Positions 17,060 through 25,563 of a DNA stretch of 64,000 nucleotides are shown here, in pieces. This DNA is from a virus. Lineage: Duplodnaviria; Caudoviricetes. The notes below the pieces were generated by a model, which saw only the letters and a list, made by a program, of their open reading frames with translations, did no database searches and was not told the DNA's origin. Location of the stretch: IMG/VR virus record IMGVR_UViG_3300027969_000040; one strand, 5' to 3'. The position numbers were made by a program, and so were the translations under genes. Every line of letters starts with the position of its first letter. The stretch's first letter is position 1.

Positions 17060-18158
17060 ATTTAACTGCGGCAACCACGTACTTACCAAAACGCTTATGG
17101 AACTCGTCAAAGTTCTTGATCTTGCCAGGCACAAACGGAATGCCGTATGTGGTAATAGCAATACGCGATGCCATAACTACTAATTCAGTAGTGAAATTAT
17201 CCATGATGAAGCGGAAGAAATTATCCGTCATCTTAATCCACTCTTCTGACTTTGGACCCAGTTTATCAAAAGAATCTTTGAGCTCATAGCATAAGCTGAT
17301 AGTCAAAGAGTACATAGCACTGATCTCTTTAATTTTGAGTTCGGTAATACGACCTTTCAACACTTCAACTGGGTCGGGCATCTGACCTGCTACTTTACGA
17401 TGAGCCATAAACTTAACTGCAAGCCCTTCGCCTACTGCACCAGAGATCAAGTCAACAGTGCCAGAGTCCATGCCATCATCATCGTCTAGAAGTTCGCTAA
17501 CAAAGACCCACGAACGTGGTGTAGCAAAGGACCGTGTACTAGAGCGTGGATCAAAGTCGAACAAGTCTTGTTTAGCAAAACTCAAGTAACCAACCACATC
17601 TTTATGGATCTTGTTGTTAACTGCCCATGTCTGCCAGGATTCAAAGTCTACTCGTAGTTCCATATGAATAAAACGATTGCTCAATGGACTAGGCATACGG
17701 AAAGTAACACCTTTGTCGCTTTCGCGATTACCAGCCGCAACCATAACAACATTCTTAGGCAATACATACTTGCCGATACGACGGTTTAGAATAAGTTGAT
17801 AAGCCGCTGCCTGCACACTTGGAGCCGCTGAGTTTAGCTCATCAAGGAACAGAACAATAATAGGATACTGACTGGCCATTTCTTCGTCGGGCAAATCGAT
17901 AGGAGGAGCCCAATCCATTTTACTTTTTTCTTTGTTGAAGAAAGGAATGCCGCGCAGGTCAGTTGGATCCATCTGGCTTAGACGCAGATCAATCATATGC
18001 CCGCCCAAGTCTTCAGTAATGCCAGCTACCAGCTCGCTCTTACCAATTCCCGGGGGACCCCAAAAGAACACAGGTCGTTGTTTCTTAAAACAACGCATGA
18101 GACCACGACGTGCCTCAACTGGAGTAACTGTACGTGCATCTGAAATCTGAGTAGCCAT
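17058..18158 (-). CDS. MoxR-like AAA+ ATPase
   Basis: Walker A GPPGIGKS, Walker B LFLDE, AAGN, sensor NRF and TPRSW; paired with the vWA gene. Confidence 0.9.
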   Translation of the reverse strand: MATQISDARTVTPVEARRGLMRCFKKQRPVFFWGPPGIGKSELVAGITEDLGGHMIDLRLSQMDPTDLRGIPFFNKEKSKMDWAPPIDLPDEEMASQYPIIVLFLDELNSAAPSVQAAAYQLILNRRIGKYVLPKNVVMVAAGNRESDKGVTFRMPSPLSNRFIHMELRVDFESWQTWAVNNKIHKDVVGYLSFAKQDLFDFDPRSSTRSFATPRSWVFVSELLDDDDGMDSGTVDLISGAVGEGLAVKFMAHRKVAGQMPDPVEVLKGRITELKIKEISAMYSLTISLCYELKDSFDKLGPKSEEWIKMTDNFFRFIMDNFTTELVVMASRIAITTYGIPFVPGKIKNFDEFHKRFGKYVVAAVK

Positions 18159-18254
18159 GATAACCTTTCAAGTTAAATAAAAATGTATTATAGCATACAA
18201 TCAATAACCCGCACAATTGTATGGGTATTGATTGTAGTATTTTTGCAACACCTA

Positions 18255-18548
18255 TTAGGCTACTACAGCCTCATCCAAAACCAGCTCTAACATGCTGGCA
18301 GGAACTTTCCAAAGACCGTTGGTAGTTCGCACTGTGACGAACTTAATGGCAATTTTTTGAACAGTACCACGTACTAACATTCCGCGCCTGGAGTCACGAA
18401 ACTGCACGGTATCTCCTAAGTCCAGAGCACGGCGATTCTGTTTTGTTAGTTGGGCACGGGCAAACTTAACTGCATCAATAATGCTGGTCAGCTGATCGTT
18501 AGTAAAATCACCAAACATAATAGCGGTATTAATTTGAGTAATGTTCAT
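18255..18548 (-). CDS. Hypothetical protein (SH3-like beta-barrel)
   Basis: 97 aa ORF with GGAG RBS; LGDTVQF...GTVQKI...WKVPASML. Confidence 0.55.
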   Translation of the reverse strand: MNITQINTAIMFGDFTNDQLTSIIDAVKFARAQLTKQNRRALDLGDTVQFRDSRRGMLVRGTVQKIAIKFVTVRTTNGLWKVPASMLELVLDEAVVA

Positions 18549-18571
18549 AAAAGACTCCAGTTAGTTAAAGG

Positions 18572-18799
18572 TTAAACAGTTTCAATTTCAAGTTTAGTAA
18601 CACGCATTGCCTTGAGATTTTGATGAGTAGCACACAGGCGAACTGAATAATCATGTCCGGCGATCTGACCAACTAAGATATCAATCCAAGGAACAACTTG
18701 GTTGGCAGCGTTGAGGTTCAACGAAATGTTAGTGATAACACCTTCGAGATTGCCGGCTGCACTAGTCCAAGTAACTGTATCGTTAACATTAAGATTCAT
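18572..18799 (-). CDS. Hypothetical early protein
   Basis: ORF immediately downstream of a perfect sigma70 promoter with GGAG RBS. Confidence 0.6.
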   Translation of the reverse strand: MNLNVNDTVTWTSAAGNLEGVITNISLNLNAANQVVPWIDILVGQIAGHDYSVRLCATHQNLKAMRVTKLEIETV

Positions 18800-18831
18800 A
18801 ATCAACTCCGTTTGTTGCTGTCTATGTATGT

Positions 18832-18860
18832 ATTATAGTGCCTTTCGGGCTAGCAGTCAA
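18832..18860 (-). promoter_or_regulatory. sigma70-type early promoter TTGACT-N17-TATAAT
   Basis: Read directly on the minus strand. Confidence 0.8.
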
Positions 18861-18907
18861 CCGTTTTTTGTGGAATTTTTACAGATTTTTTGTTGTTTTT
18901 AAACAAC

Positions 18908-18930
18908 AAAGTGGGCCTAAAGCCCACTTT
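18908..18930. terminator. Intrinsic terminator hairpin
   Basis: AAAGTGGGC-CTAAA-GCCCACTTT perfect stem with A/T tracts, downstream of the 18953 gene. Confidence 0.8.
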
Positions 18931-18952
18931 TTGCTGGTTTTTTCAGCAGTTT

Positions 18953-19225
18953 TTACTTCTTGCTAGTACCTTGGTTTACAAAACCGTACATTTTTTCAGC
19001 AGTTTCTAGAACTTTGTCTAGTCCCGGAAAAGTTGGCATTGCTACTGTACTAACGATTTGACCTGTCTTCTCGTCACGAGTAGCAGTCAATTCCCATCCT
19101 TGGAATTTAGCATGGAAATCGTCTTGTACTAGGCTTTTAGCCATGCCTAAGATATCAGTGCGGATTTCATAACCGTTTTTGTTGAATTTAATTTCTGGTG
19201 TTTTTGGTAGTTCAAATGTTGACAT
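18953..19225 (-). CDS. Conserved small hypothetical protein
   Basis: Start MSTFELPK at 19225 with AAGGAG RBS. Confidence 0.65.
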   Translation of the reverse strand: MSTFELPKTPEIKFNKNGYEIRTDILGMAKSLVQDDFHAKFQGWELTATRDEKTGQIVSTVAMPTFPGLDKVLETAEKMYGFVNQGTSKK

Positions 19226-19226
19226 A

Positions 19227-19505
19227 TTATTCTCCTTGTGTGTTAATGTCTGTGTTGGCTGATTTTTTGACAGTCTTTGCCTTGACTGTTTTTTCCTCCG
19301 TTTGAGGATAGAAAACTTTACTAATTGAGTCGACGCTATAAGTGAGCATTTCGATTGTGTTGTTGACAATCATTTTACCAAATACTGTTTGAGCATCGAT
19401 AAAATTATTTGCAACTTTGTTTAGTCTATCGTCGGTGTAGACTTTGTTAGTCATCATTCTTTTAGATGACTGGAAGAGATCGATGTAAAAATCGGGTGTA
19501 AACAT
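19227..19505 (-). CDS. Small helical protein, phasin-like
   Basis: 92 aa amphipathic helix (FIDAQTVF) reminiscent of proteobacterial phasin-like proteins; recognised from memory only. Confidence 0.35.
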   Translation of the reverse strand: MFTPDFYIDLFQSSKRMMTNKVYTDDRLNKVANNFIDAQTVFGKMIVNNTIEMLTYSVDSISKVFYPQTEEKTVKAKTVKKSANTDINTQGE

Positions 19506-19574
19506 AATTGTGTCCTTGTGTGTATGTTAACTTATTTAGCTACTTAATGCAATAGCTAAACAGTTTTTAGTGGA

Positions 19575-19709
19575 TTAAATCCACCCTTTAAAGTCTTCCA
19601 TCATGATTCTCTTGGCACCTGCGTGATCACCACGTTGTGCAAGATGAGTAGCTGCACGGGCTTTGCCCATGTCGCCCAAAAAGTTATAAATTGATTTAAG
19701 TAATTTCAT
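19575..19709 (-). CDS. Small protein (44 aa), missing from the ORF track
   Basis: MKLLKSIYNFLGDMGKARAATHLAQRGDHAGAKRIMMEDFKGWI; ATGA-coupled to the upstream ORF. Confidence 0.6.
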   Translation of the reverse strand: MKLLKSIYNFLGDMGKARAATHLAQRGDHAGAKRIMMEDFKGWI

Positions 19710-19882
19710 ATCCACCCCTTTCCTGCGTGATGCAAATCAAATTGACGTGTCAGACGATCTACATCACATGTATTTTGTGGTGCGTGTCTAACAATATATT
19801 CTTCTAATGCCGATCCGTAAGTTTGTGGCTTTTCAAATGCCTGAAAAATCTTTTGGAAATAACCGGCTAGCTGGTTTAACAT
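19706..19882 (-). CDS. Small protein (58 aa), DUF3563-like, missing from the ORF track
   Basis: MLNQLAGYFQKIFQAFEKPQTYGSALEEYIVRHAPQNTCDVDRLTRQFDLHHAGKGWI with AGGAG RBS. Confidence 0.6.
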   Translation of the reverse strand: MLNQLAGYFQKIFQAFEKPQTYGSALEEYIVRHAPQNTCDVDRLTRQFDLHHAGKGWI

Positions 19883-19943
19883 ATTTTTCTCCTGTGTGTA
19901 ATGTTAGTAAAAACTCATGGTTTCTACTTACGTATTTACCTTG

Positions 19944-20327
19944 TCAAGATATATTCTGCGTATGATCTAGGTAAGATTGGAGGTTATTGTTATATAGAGT
20001 AAGAGCTAAACTAGTAACATCGTCGAACGTGCTAATAGAGGATTCATTCCTTATTAAATAAGGTTGTGTTAAAAACTTTTCTAATTGTACTAAAGTTTTT
20101 GGTAAAATATTGTGTTGGAGATTGTGTGAATAGTGTTGCACACCAAGTGCCACAAACTCGGAAAATCCTTCAAAAGTCAATCGCATGCTACGATCATTTG
20201 TAGGATTATACCAATACCTTATTCGGAAGTAATTGATTGAATGCTGCTCTACTTGCCCTGGAAATTTTTTTGTTTTTAACTCAACTAATGCTTTAGACCA
20301 TTCAAGTTGAGTTTTAACAATTGTCAT
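19944..20327 (-). CDS. Conserved hypothetical phage protein
   Basis: 127 aa ORF, ATGA-coupled to the upstream gene. Confidence 0.6.
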   Translation of the reverse strand: MTIVKTQLEWSKALVELKTKKFPGQVEQHSINYFRIRYWYNPTNDRSMRLTFEGFSEFVALGVQHYSHNLQHNILPKTLVQLEKFLTQPYLIRNESSISTFDDVTSLALTLYNNNLQSYLDHTQNIS

Positions 20328-20617
20328 ACAGCTGAATAAACAACAGGTCCTTGATTTAGTAAAACAACAGTAAAACTCTCAGTTTTAAATTGAGTGTTTA
20401 ATTTTTTCGCTAAACTAATAGCATGCCCCGGATTTGAAAAAGATACTTTTCTGTATTTTGGGCCAGGGTAGCTTACTAATATATTTTGTGTTTTTAAATT
20501 TACAGGTTTACCATTGTAATAAACTGCCCAAATTCCATCCGACGCTAGTACTTGGTCGCATTTATAGTTTGTTTTATTTAGATTTTCTAAAATTACAACA
20601 GGTTTGGGTCTACTCAT
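20324..20617 (-). CDS. Conserved hypothetical phage protein (MSRPKP...)
   Basis: 97 aa ORF, upstream TAAATA at 20650-20655. Confidence 0.65.
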   Translation of the reverse strand: MSRPKPVVILENLNKTNYKCDQVLASDGIWAVYYNGKPVNLKTQNILVSYPGPKYRKVSFSNPGHAISLAKKLNTQFKTESFTVVLLNQGPVVYSAV

Positions 20618-20674
20618 AACTCAGTCCTTTGATATATCATCATGTACTTTATTTATGCGTAGTTAATTAACTCT

Positions 20675-21139
20675 TTATTGTATTACTTCCAATAATTTAG
20701 AATTTGCTTCGCTCTGTGTGATAAATGGACCAAAAAATTTATTTCTGGCCAGCACAATTTTCTTAGGACAAAACACACTAGACCATTCGTCTTCTATATT
20801 AACTAAGTAATACCCTGCACAGTAAAAACTTTTACTTTTTGGTTCTTTAGTAAACAACGGCAACCTGGACTTTAAATCAAATATGCCATTATAGGGGATA
20901 CTATCACAAGGAAATTCGAGAACTTGGTTGGTATTCTCTTTTTTTGCTTTCCCTATCTTGGTGGGTGCAATGTTGTATTTAGAACTTAATATCTTAAATG
21001 ATGGAAACTTTTCACGTGATGTACCACGTACTAGAACAACACCATCGGGCGCGGCCTGTATAGTACCTATTTTTTGGCCATTGTTTTCAACAATCCAAAA
21101 TTTATTTTTAATAACTGTTTTAGCAATCATTGAACTCAT
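20675..21139 (-). CDS. Hypothetical protein
   Basis: 154 aa ORF in the operon. Confidence 0.6.
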   Translation of the reverse strand: MSSMIAKTVIKNKFWIVENNGQKIGTIQAAPDGVVLVRGTSREKFPSFKILSSKYNIAPTKIGKAKKENTNQVLEFPCDSIPYNGIFDLKSRLPLFTKEPKSKSFYCAGYYLVNIEDEWSSVFCPKKIVLARNKFFGPFITQSEANSKLLEVIQ

Positions 21140-21149
21140 AATTAATCCT

Positions 21150-21557
21150 TTATTTTGTTTTTTCTGCTATCTCTTTATAACCTGCCCAACTGGGATGAAT
21201 ACCATCTGGTTGTAATCGAGTAATGGGAATAACAGTATCGCCAAAGCCAGATGCCACTTCCTGAACTATTGCTTGTATCTCAGGTTTAATAGCAGGTAAT
21301 ATCCAATAAACTCTTTTAGCTGATACCAATTGACGTATCCGTGCAATCTCTTCTCGAGTATGTACACCTTTGTGATCATTTGATCCTAGACTAATGATTA
21401 GAGTTTCGGCTTTGGGCAATGCACCTTGATCTCCAACGAGATATTGCTTGCGCCATTGCCAGCTATTAATTCCACCTTTGGCAATGGCCACACAATCAGG
21501 GCGAAATTGTTTTGTACCAACAGCAATGCTGTCACCTATAATTAGACAATCAATCAT
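21150..21557 (-). CDS. SGNH/GDSL hydrolase (esterase/deacetylase)
   Basis: IGDSI (block I), KGG, SLGSND (block III), DGIHP (block V). Confidence 0.85.
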   Translation of the reverse strand: MIDCLIIGDSIAVGTKQFRPDCVAIAKGGINSWQWRKQYLVGDQGALPKAETLIISLGSNDHKGVHTREEIARIRQLVSAKRVYWILPAIKPEIQAIVQEVASGFGDTVIPITRLQPDGIHPSWAGYKEIAEKTK

Positions 21558-22555
21558 ATAACTGGATTAGGATAACTTGATCCTAGCAATTCACCAAAAC
21601 TAGTAGCATTCTCGCTTAACTTGTTTAATTCAAATTTACCACAGAACTTTAGAAACTGAGCGCCAACCATGGGTTTGGATTTAACAATGCTATTCTCGGC
21701 AATAGTCTCTGCTATCTTCAGTTTAATATTGTCAGGTTGGGCAGACAAATCAACTAGTACACGATTGCGCTCGTAGTCGTCTTTAACTCTGTGCTCTTGA
21801 CCATTGTGGTCAGACCAACGTTGCAACATGAGATTGTTCCAGGAAAATCCTTTATGATCTCGGTCGTTGTAGGCTTCTTCCAATCCCACCTTGTTCTTGC
21901 TGCCTTTAGTACGCACACCCGGATAGGCACTAAAGACATTATCAGTGGGGTCGCCACGCATACATTTCTCAAATAGTATCCAGCTGGGGTCGGGGATACG
22001 TTTAGGTTCTTTGGTCTTTTTATCAATTACAGGTTTGCCTTTTTTATCAAGGATACCATCTAAGGTATGCAATTCATCTGCAATACCATTATATTGTTTT
22101 ACGTTAGTAGCCAACAACTGATGAAAATCGGTGTCGCTGCTAACAATAACATGATTGTCAAGTGGATGACTTTGTATCCACCCTGCAATTAAATCATCTG
22201 CTTCTAACTCAGGATGACGTAAGGTAGTACAGTTAGTGCGATCGGTGAAGAAATCCTTAAGAGAATCAAGTCCTTCCCAAAACATCTTATCTTCTTCTTG
22301 TTCTACTACAGTAGCAGCGGCTCTGGCTACTGTACGATTGGCTTTATAAGGAGGATAAAAGTCCTTACGCCACGATCGGCCTTCGTTGCAGATAACTACA
22401 TGATCAGCACGTTGATCTCTCCAGCATTTATTAATGCTGCTCATAGTTACGTGTAATCCAAATGCTACTCGTTCTTCTAAAGTACTGCCTCTATGTGCAG
22501 CATGACGAGCTCGGAAATAAGTATTTGCTAAATCAATGAGTAGGTATGTAGTCAT
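21554..22555 (-). CDS. rnh: 5'-3' exonuclease / RNase H (T4 rnh family)
   Basis: LLID.AN, EADD, VSSDTDF.QL, GDPTDN motifs of FEN/5'-nucleases. Confidence 0.9.
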   Translation of the reverse strand: MTTYLLIDLANTYFRARHAAHRGSTLEERVAFGLHVTMSSINKCWRDQRADHVVICNEGRSWRKDFYPPYKANRTVARAAATVVEQEEDKMFWEGLDSLKDFFTDRTNCTTLRHPELEADDLIAGWIQSHPLDNHVIVSSDTDFHQLLATNVKQYNGIADELHTLDGILDKKGKPVIDKKTKEPKRIPDPSWILFEKCMRGDPTDNVFSAYPGVRTKGSKNKVGLEEAYNDRDHKGFSWNNLMLQRWSDHNGQEHRVKDDYERNRVLVDLSAQPDNIKLKIAETIAENSIVKSKPMVGAQFLKFCGKFELNKLSENATSFGELLGSSYPNPVI

Positions 22556-22586
22556 ACCGCAATGTTAACATAGATTTGTTTGACTG

Positions 22587-23036
22587 TCAACGGTACTCTG
22601 ATCGATTCGAGTCTAATTTTGTTTTATTTACATAACGTGTATCAGGATCTGCTTGTTCTTGCTCAAATGCTTCGGTTAATACATTTCGGCAAATTTCCTG
22701 GAACCACAAATCAACAATTTGTTGATCGGTCTTTCCTTTGTATCCTGCACGAACCAACTTGGCCAAGAAAATCTCATTCCAGTCTAGCTCGAATGCACCA
22801 TTGCCAACATTATCAGGATCAATTTCTACACCAATAACAGATACCCATGGTTCACCGGCAGCAGTAGCTTTATCTTTTTCTGACGTTACCGATACTGCTA
22901 CTACAGGCTCTTTAGGCTTGCTTTTACTACGGCGTGCTTTCGGTGCTTTGGGTTCTTCGGGGACTACAACCGGATTGGCCTCGGGCGGTGGCAGTATAGA
23001 TTCTTTTTTTCCAAATACTTTATCAAATAGTCCCAT
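22587..23036 (-). CDS. Conserved hypothetical phage protein
   Basis: 149 aa ORF; GAFELDWN...DLWF motif. Confidence 0.65.
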   Translation of the reverse strand: MGLFDKVFGKKESILPPPEANPVVVPEEPKAPKARRSKSKPKEPVVAVSVTSEKDKATAAGEPWVSVIGVEIDPDNVGNGAFELDWNEIFLAKLVRAGYKGKTDQQIVDLWFQEICRNVLTEAFEQEQADPDTRYVNKTKLDSNRSEYR

Positions 23037-23155
23037 GATTTTAAATCTTTCTTTATAGTTATTCTCTATCTACTCTAGCATCTTCGTTGGAACGATAGCA
23101 CATATATAATACGCCTACAATATAACCAAGAAAGAAACACAAAAAGTAATTCATG

Positions 23156-23353
23156 CTAGTTAATGCCAAACCGTTGTTTAATCATGCCAGCTGCTCCCAA
23201 ACTGGTCATTTGAGTAGTACTGCCTTTATCACATATATCAATGCACTCTAATAGGATTAGTTTTGCAAAACGCTCTTGTATATCCGGATTAATGTCAGGA
23301 TAAAAACTTCCACCGGCCATTAATTGTAAATTTTTAAGTAATTCTTTATTCAT
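23156..23353 (-). CDS. Hypothetical protein
   Basis: Starts right after the queE stop. Confidence 0.55.
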   Translation of the reverse strand: MNKELLKNLQLMAGGSFYPDINPDIQERFAKLILLECIDICDKGSTTQMTSLGAAGMIKQRFGIN

Positions 23354-23354
23354 A

Positions 23355-24221
23355 TTAAGTACCCCACTCATTTTTAAATAACGGTACTTGTAGCCTATCG
23401 CTGTACCGTAGTCCGTGTTTCATTGCCAACAATGCCACATTACGATTGTTTAATGCATACACACTTTCAACACCGCCCACTGGCATTAGATACACATGCC
23501 CTGTAAATCCTGCTGTACGATATTCAGCAATGGCACGTTCTGCATCTTCAAAATCTTCCTGTGTGGCAATAACAAACTTTAAATATGCTGTGCCGTATTC
23601 TTCATATTCACAAACTACTTCGGGTAGAATAGCTTCTTCCCACTTCTCACCACTACAAGGCAATTTGGCACTTACTGAGAAGGTAATCTCACGCCAAAAG
23701 TCTTGATCATGATGTGATTTCCATATGTGCAAATACAAAGCAAAGTCTAGAGCAAGTTTCTGAGTACCATTGGTTTCAAATGTAATTTCTTTCAAGCCGG
23801 CCATCTTGGGATGATTTAATAAATCTGGATAAGCACGTTGCCATCCCAGCAATGGTTCGCCTCCGGTGATAACCAAATGCTCATCGCGCCACTCACCATG
23901 CGGAAGTATTTCCATAATGCGTTCTACAATTGCATCTGTCGTTAACATTGGACTTAGATCTTTAAATGCTGGATCCCAACTAGCATAGCTATCGCAGCCT
24001 GTGCTTACTAACGGAAGCTCTTCGTACTTTTGAAAAGGGGTAACCAATGAATGTGTAGCTGCAATACCAGCAGCCTCCATACTTAATTCTCCGCGTGGCA
24101 TACCAAACCCTGCACATTTGAAATTACATCCAAATGTGCGTAAGAATACAGACGGTACACCCATGTAACGTCCTTCACCTTGTATGCTGTAGAACAGTTC
24201 TGCTATTTTAATTTTGCTCAT
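23355..24221 (-). CDS. queE: 7-carboxy-7-deazaguanine synthase (radical SAM)
   Basis: ELFYSIQGEG...PSVFLRTFGCNFKC...CDS, VITGGEPLL, ETNGT, SAKL, LKFVI, YLMP, RLQ. Confidence 0.9.
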   Translation of the reverse strand: MSKIKIAELFYSIQGEGRYMGVPSVFLRTFGCNFKCAGFGMPRGELSMEAAGIAATHSLVTPFQKYEELPLVSTGCDSYASWDPAFKDLSPMLTTDAIVERIMEILPHGEWRDEHLVITGGEPLLGWQRAYPDLLNHPKMAGLKEITFETNGTQKLALDFALYLHIWKSHHDQDFWREITFSVSAKLPCSGEKWEEAILPEVVCEYEEYGTAYLKFVIATQEDFEDAERAIAEYRTAGFTGHVYLMPVGGVESVYALNNRNVALLAMKHGLRYSDRLQVPLFKNEWGT

Positions 24222-24496
24222 AGTGGTATATAAATGTTAGACCATTTTTTAAGTTTTACAATCTTGGCTTTTTTTGCAATTTCTAAGTTGTCTATGGATA
24301 TTACACCCAATTCAAGCATGATGTCAATCATTGCGAGCATATCGCCCAATTCTTCTTCGAGATGTTCTCGATTAGTTTTAGGTTTACCCGGTTTTACATT
24401 ATCAGCACCAAATCGATTAATTTTGCTAACTGCTTGAATTACCTCTGCACATTCCTCTTGAAGAATGTCCATTACTTCTTTTTCTCTGGCGTTCAT
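24218..24496 (-). CDS. MazG-like NTP pyrophosphohydrolase
   Basis: LQEECAEVIQAVSK...LEEELGDMLAMI (EExxE...EExxD). Confidence 0.8.
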   Translation of the reverse strand: MNAREKEVMDILQEECAEVIQAVSKINRFGADNVKPGKPKTNREHLEEELGDMLAMIDIMLELGVISIDNLEIAKKAKIVKLKKWSNIYIPL

Positions 24497-24990
24497 TCAA
24501 ATAAATCCTCGTTCCATTCGCGATGACCTTCTCGATAAGCCATATTGGCCTGTGTTTCGCGTACTTCTACGCGATAGCACCATAGACGCTGACTTTCGCT
24601 TTCGCCCCAATAGTCAGGAATATAAACACCGTTTACATACTTGTAAAGCATATCTGCTAAACTTTCACACCCCATGGCTGGCAGGATAGTCAGTTTGGCC
24701 AACTTGCGGCGTTCCATTTCTTTGTAGAACTCAAGTTCTGGATCATCATGTGCCACCAGAGTTGTGTGATCAAATTGGTCTTCTAAGATCTTTTTAAGTT
24801 CTTTCAATCCGCCGTAGTCAGCGACCCAGTTGCGAACGTCTAGATCGTTGGTTCCAAAATAGAACTTCATACTAAACGAGTAACCGTGATTCATATTGCA
24901 ATGACTGTTGGCCCTCCATTGTCTATATGCGCAAGGAAATGCGTCGATATATTCTTTTGTACTAGTGTACTTGTATGCGATTGGGGTCAT
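24493..24990 (-). CDS. queD: 6-carboxy-5,6,7,8-tetrahydropterin synthase
   Basis: CxxxHGY-type HCNMNHGYS, WVADYG.LK, QFDHTTL, CESLA, VEVRET. Confidence 0.85.
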   Translation of the reverse strand: MTPIAYKYTSTKEYIDAFPCAYRQWRANSHCNMNHGYSFSMKFYFGTNDLDVRNWVADYGGLKELKKILEDQFDHTTLVAHDDPELEFYKEMERRKLAKLTILPAMGCESLADMLYKYVNGVYIPDYWGESESQRLWCYRVEVRETQANMAYREGHREWNEDLFE

Positions 24991-25000
24991 GCTGTTTCTC

Positions 25001-25062
25001 CTATGTTAATTATAGCATAGGCGGCGGAGTTTGTAAAGCGGGACGATGCCGATAGACCGCTA
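25001..25062 (-). promoter_or_regulatory. Structured 5' leader of queD (riboswitch/operator candidate)
   Basis: GC-rich AGCGG/CCGCT stem followed by a CCTATG/CATAGG hairpin that sequesters the AGGAG RBS. Confidence 0.4.
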
Positions 25063-25074
25063 TATGTACTTATC

Positions 25075-25518
25075 TTATTGTTCGGATACGTTTAGTATTT
25101 GAACTGCTGGTACATCATCTTCGAGAATATTACCATTTTCGTCTACTAGACAAATTCTAATTGGATTGCTAATACGCATATAAGAACTATCAATGCTCCA
25201 TTGATCTACAATTCCATCAATGCCATTTCTTCCCCAATTGATACCAATATTATTTACATCTTCATCAGTAAAGTCACCAAAAAATTTATAAAATGTTTGA
25301 AATTGATTTTTATATACGCCAGTTTCTAAAGGAAAATGCAAATTATCATCATTAATTTCTTGCTGTGTAATTGGATTATCTAAACTTCTGGTTCCGTATC
25401 CAGATACGAATGTATCTGTTACACTCCAACCTCGGTCGTTGTTTACTGACTTGATATTATAATATACACTTATACTACCGTCGTTATTTACTGGATACAC
25501 TCTGTATGAGTTTGTCAT
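25075..25518 (-). CDS. Hypothetical protein
   Basis: 147 aa AT-rich ORF; upstream TAAATA at 25548-25553. Confidence 0.55.
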   Translation of the reverse strand: MTNSYRVYPVNNDGSISVYYNIKSVNNDRGWSVTDTFVSGYGTRSLDNPITQQEINDDNLHFPLETGVYKNQFQTFYKFFGDFTDEDVNNIGINWGRNGIDGIVDQWSIDSSYMRISNPIRICLVDENGNILEDDVPAVQILNVSEQ

Positions 25519-25563
25519 GATTATTTTTCCTTGCTATATTTTTATTTTATTTAGTACTTGCAC

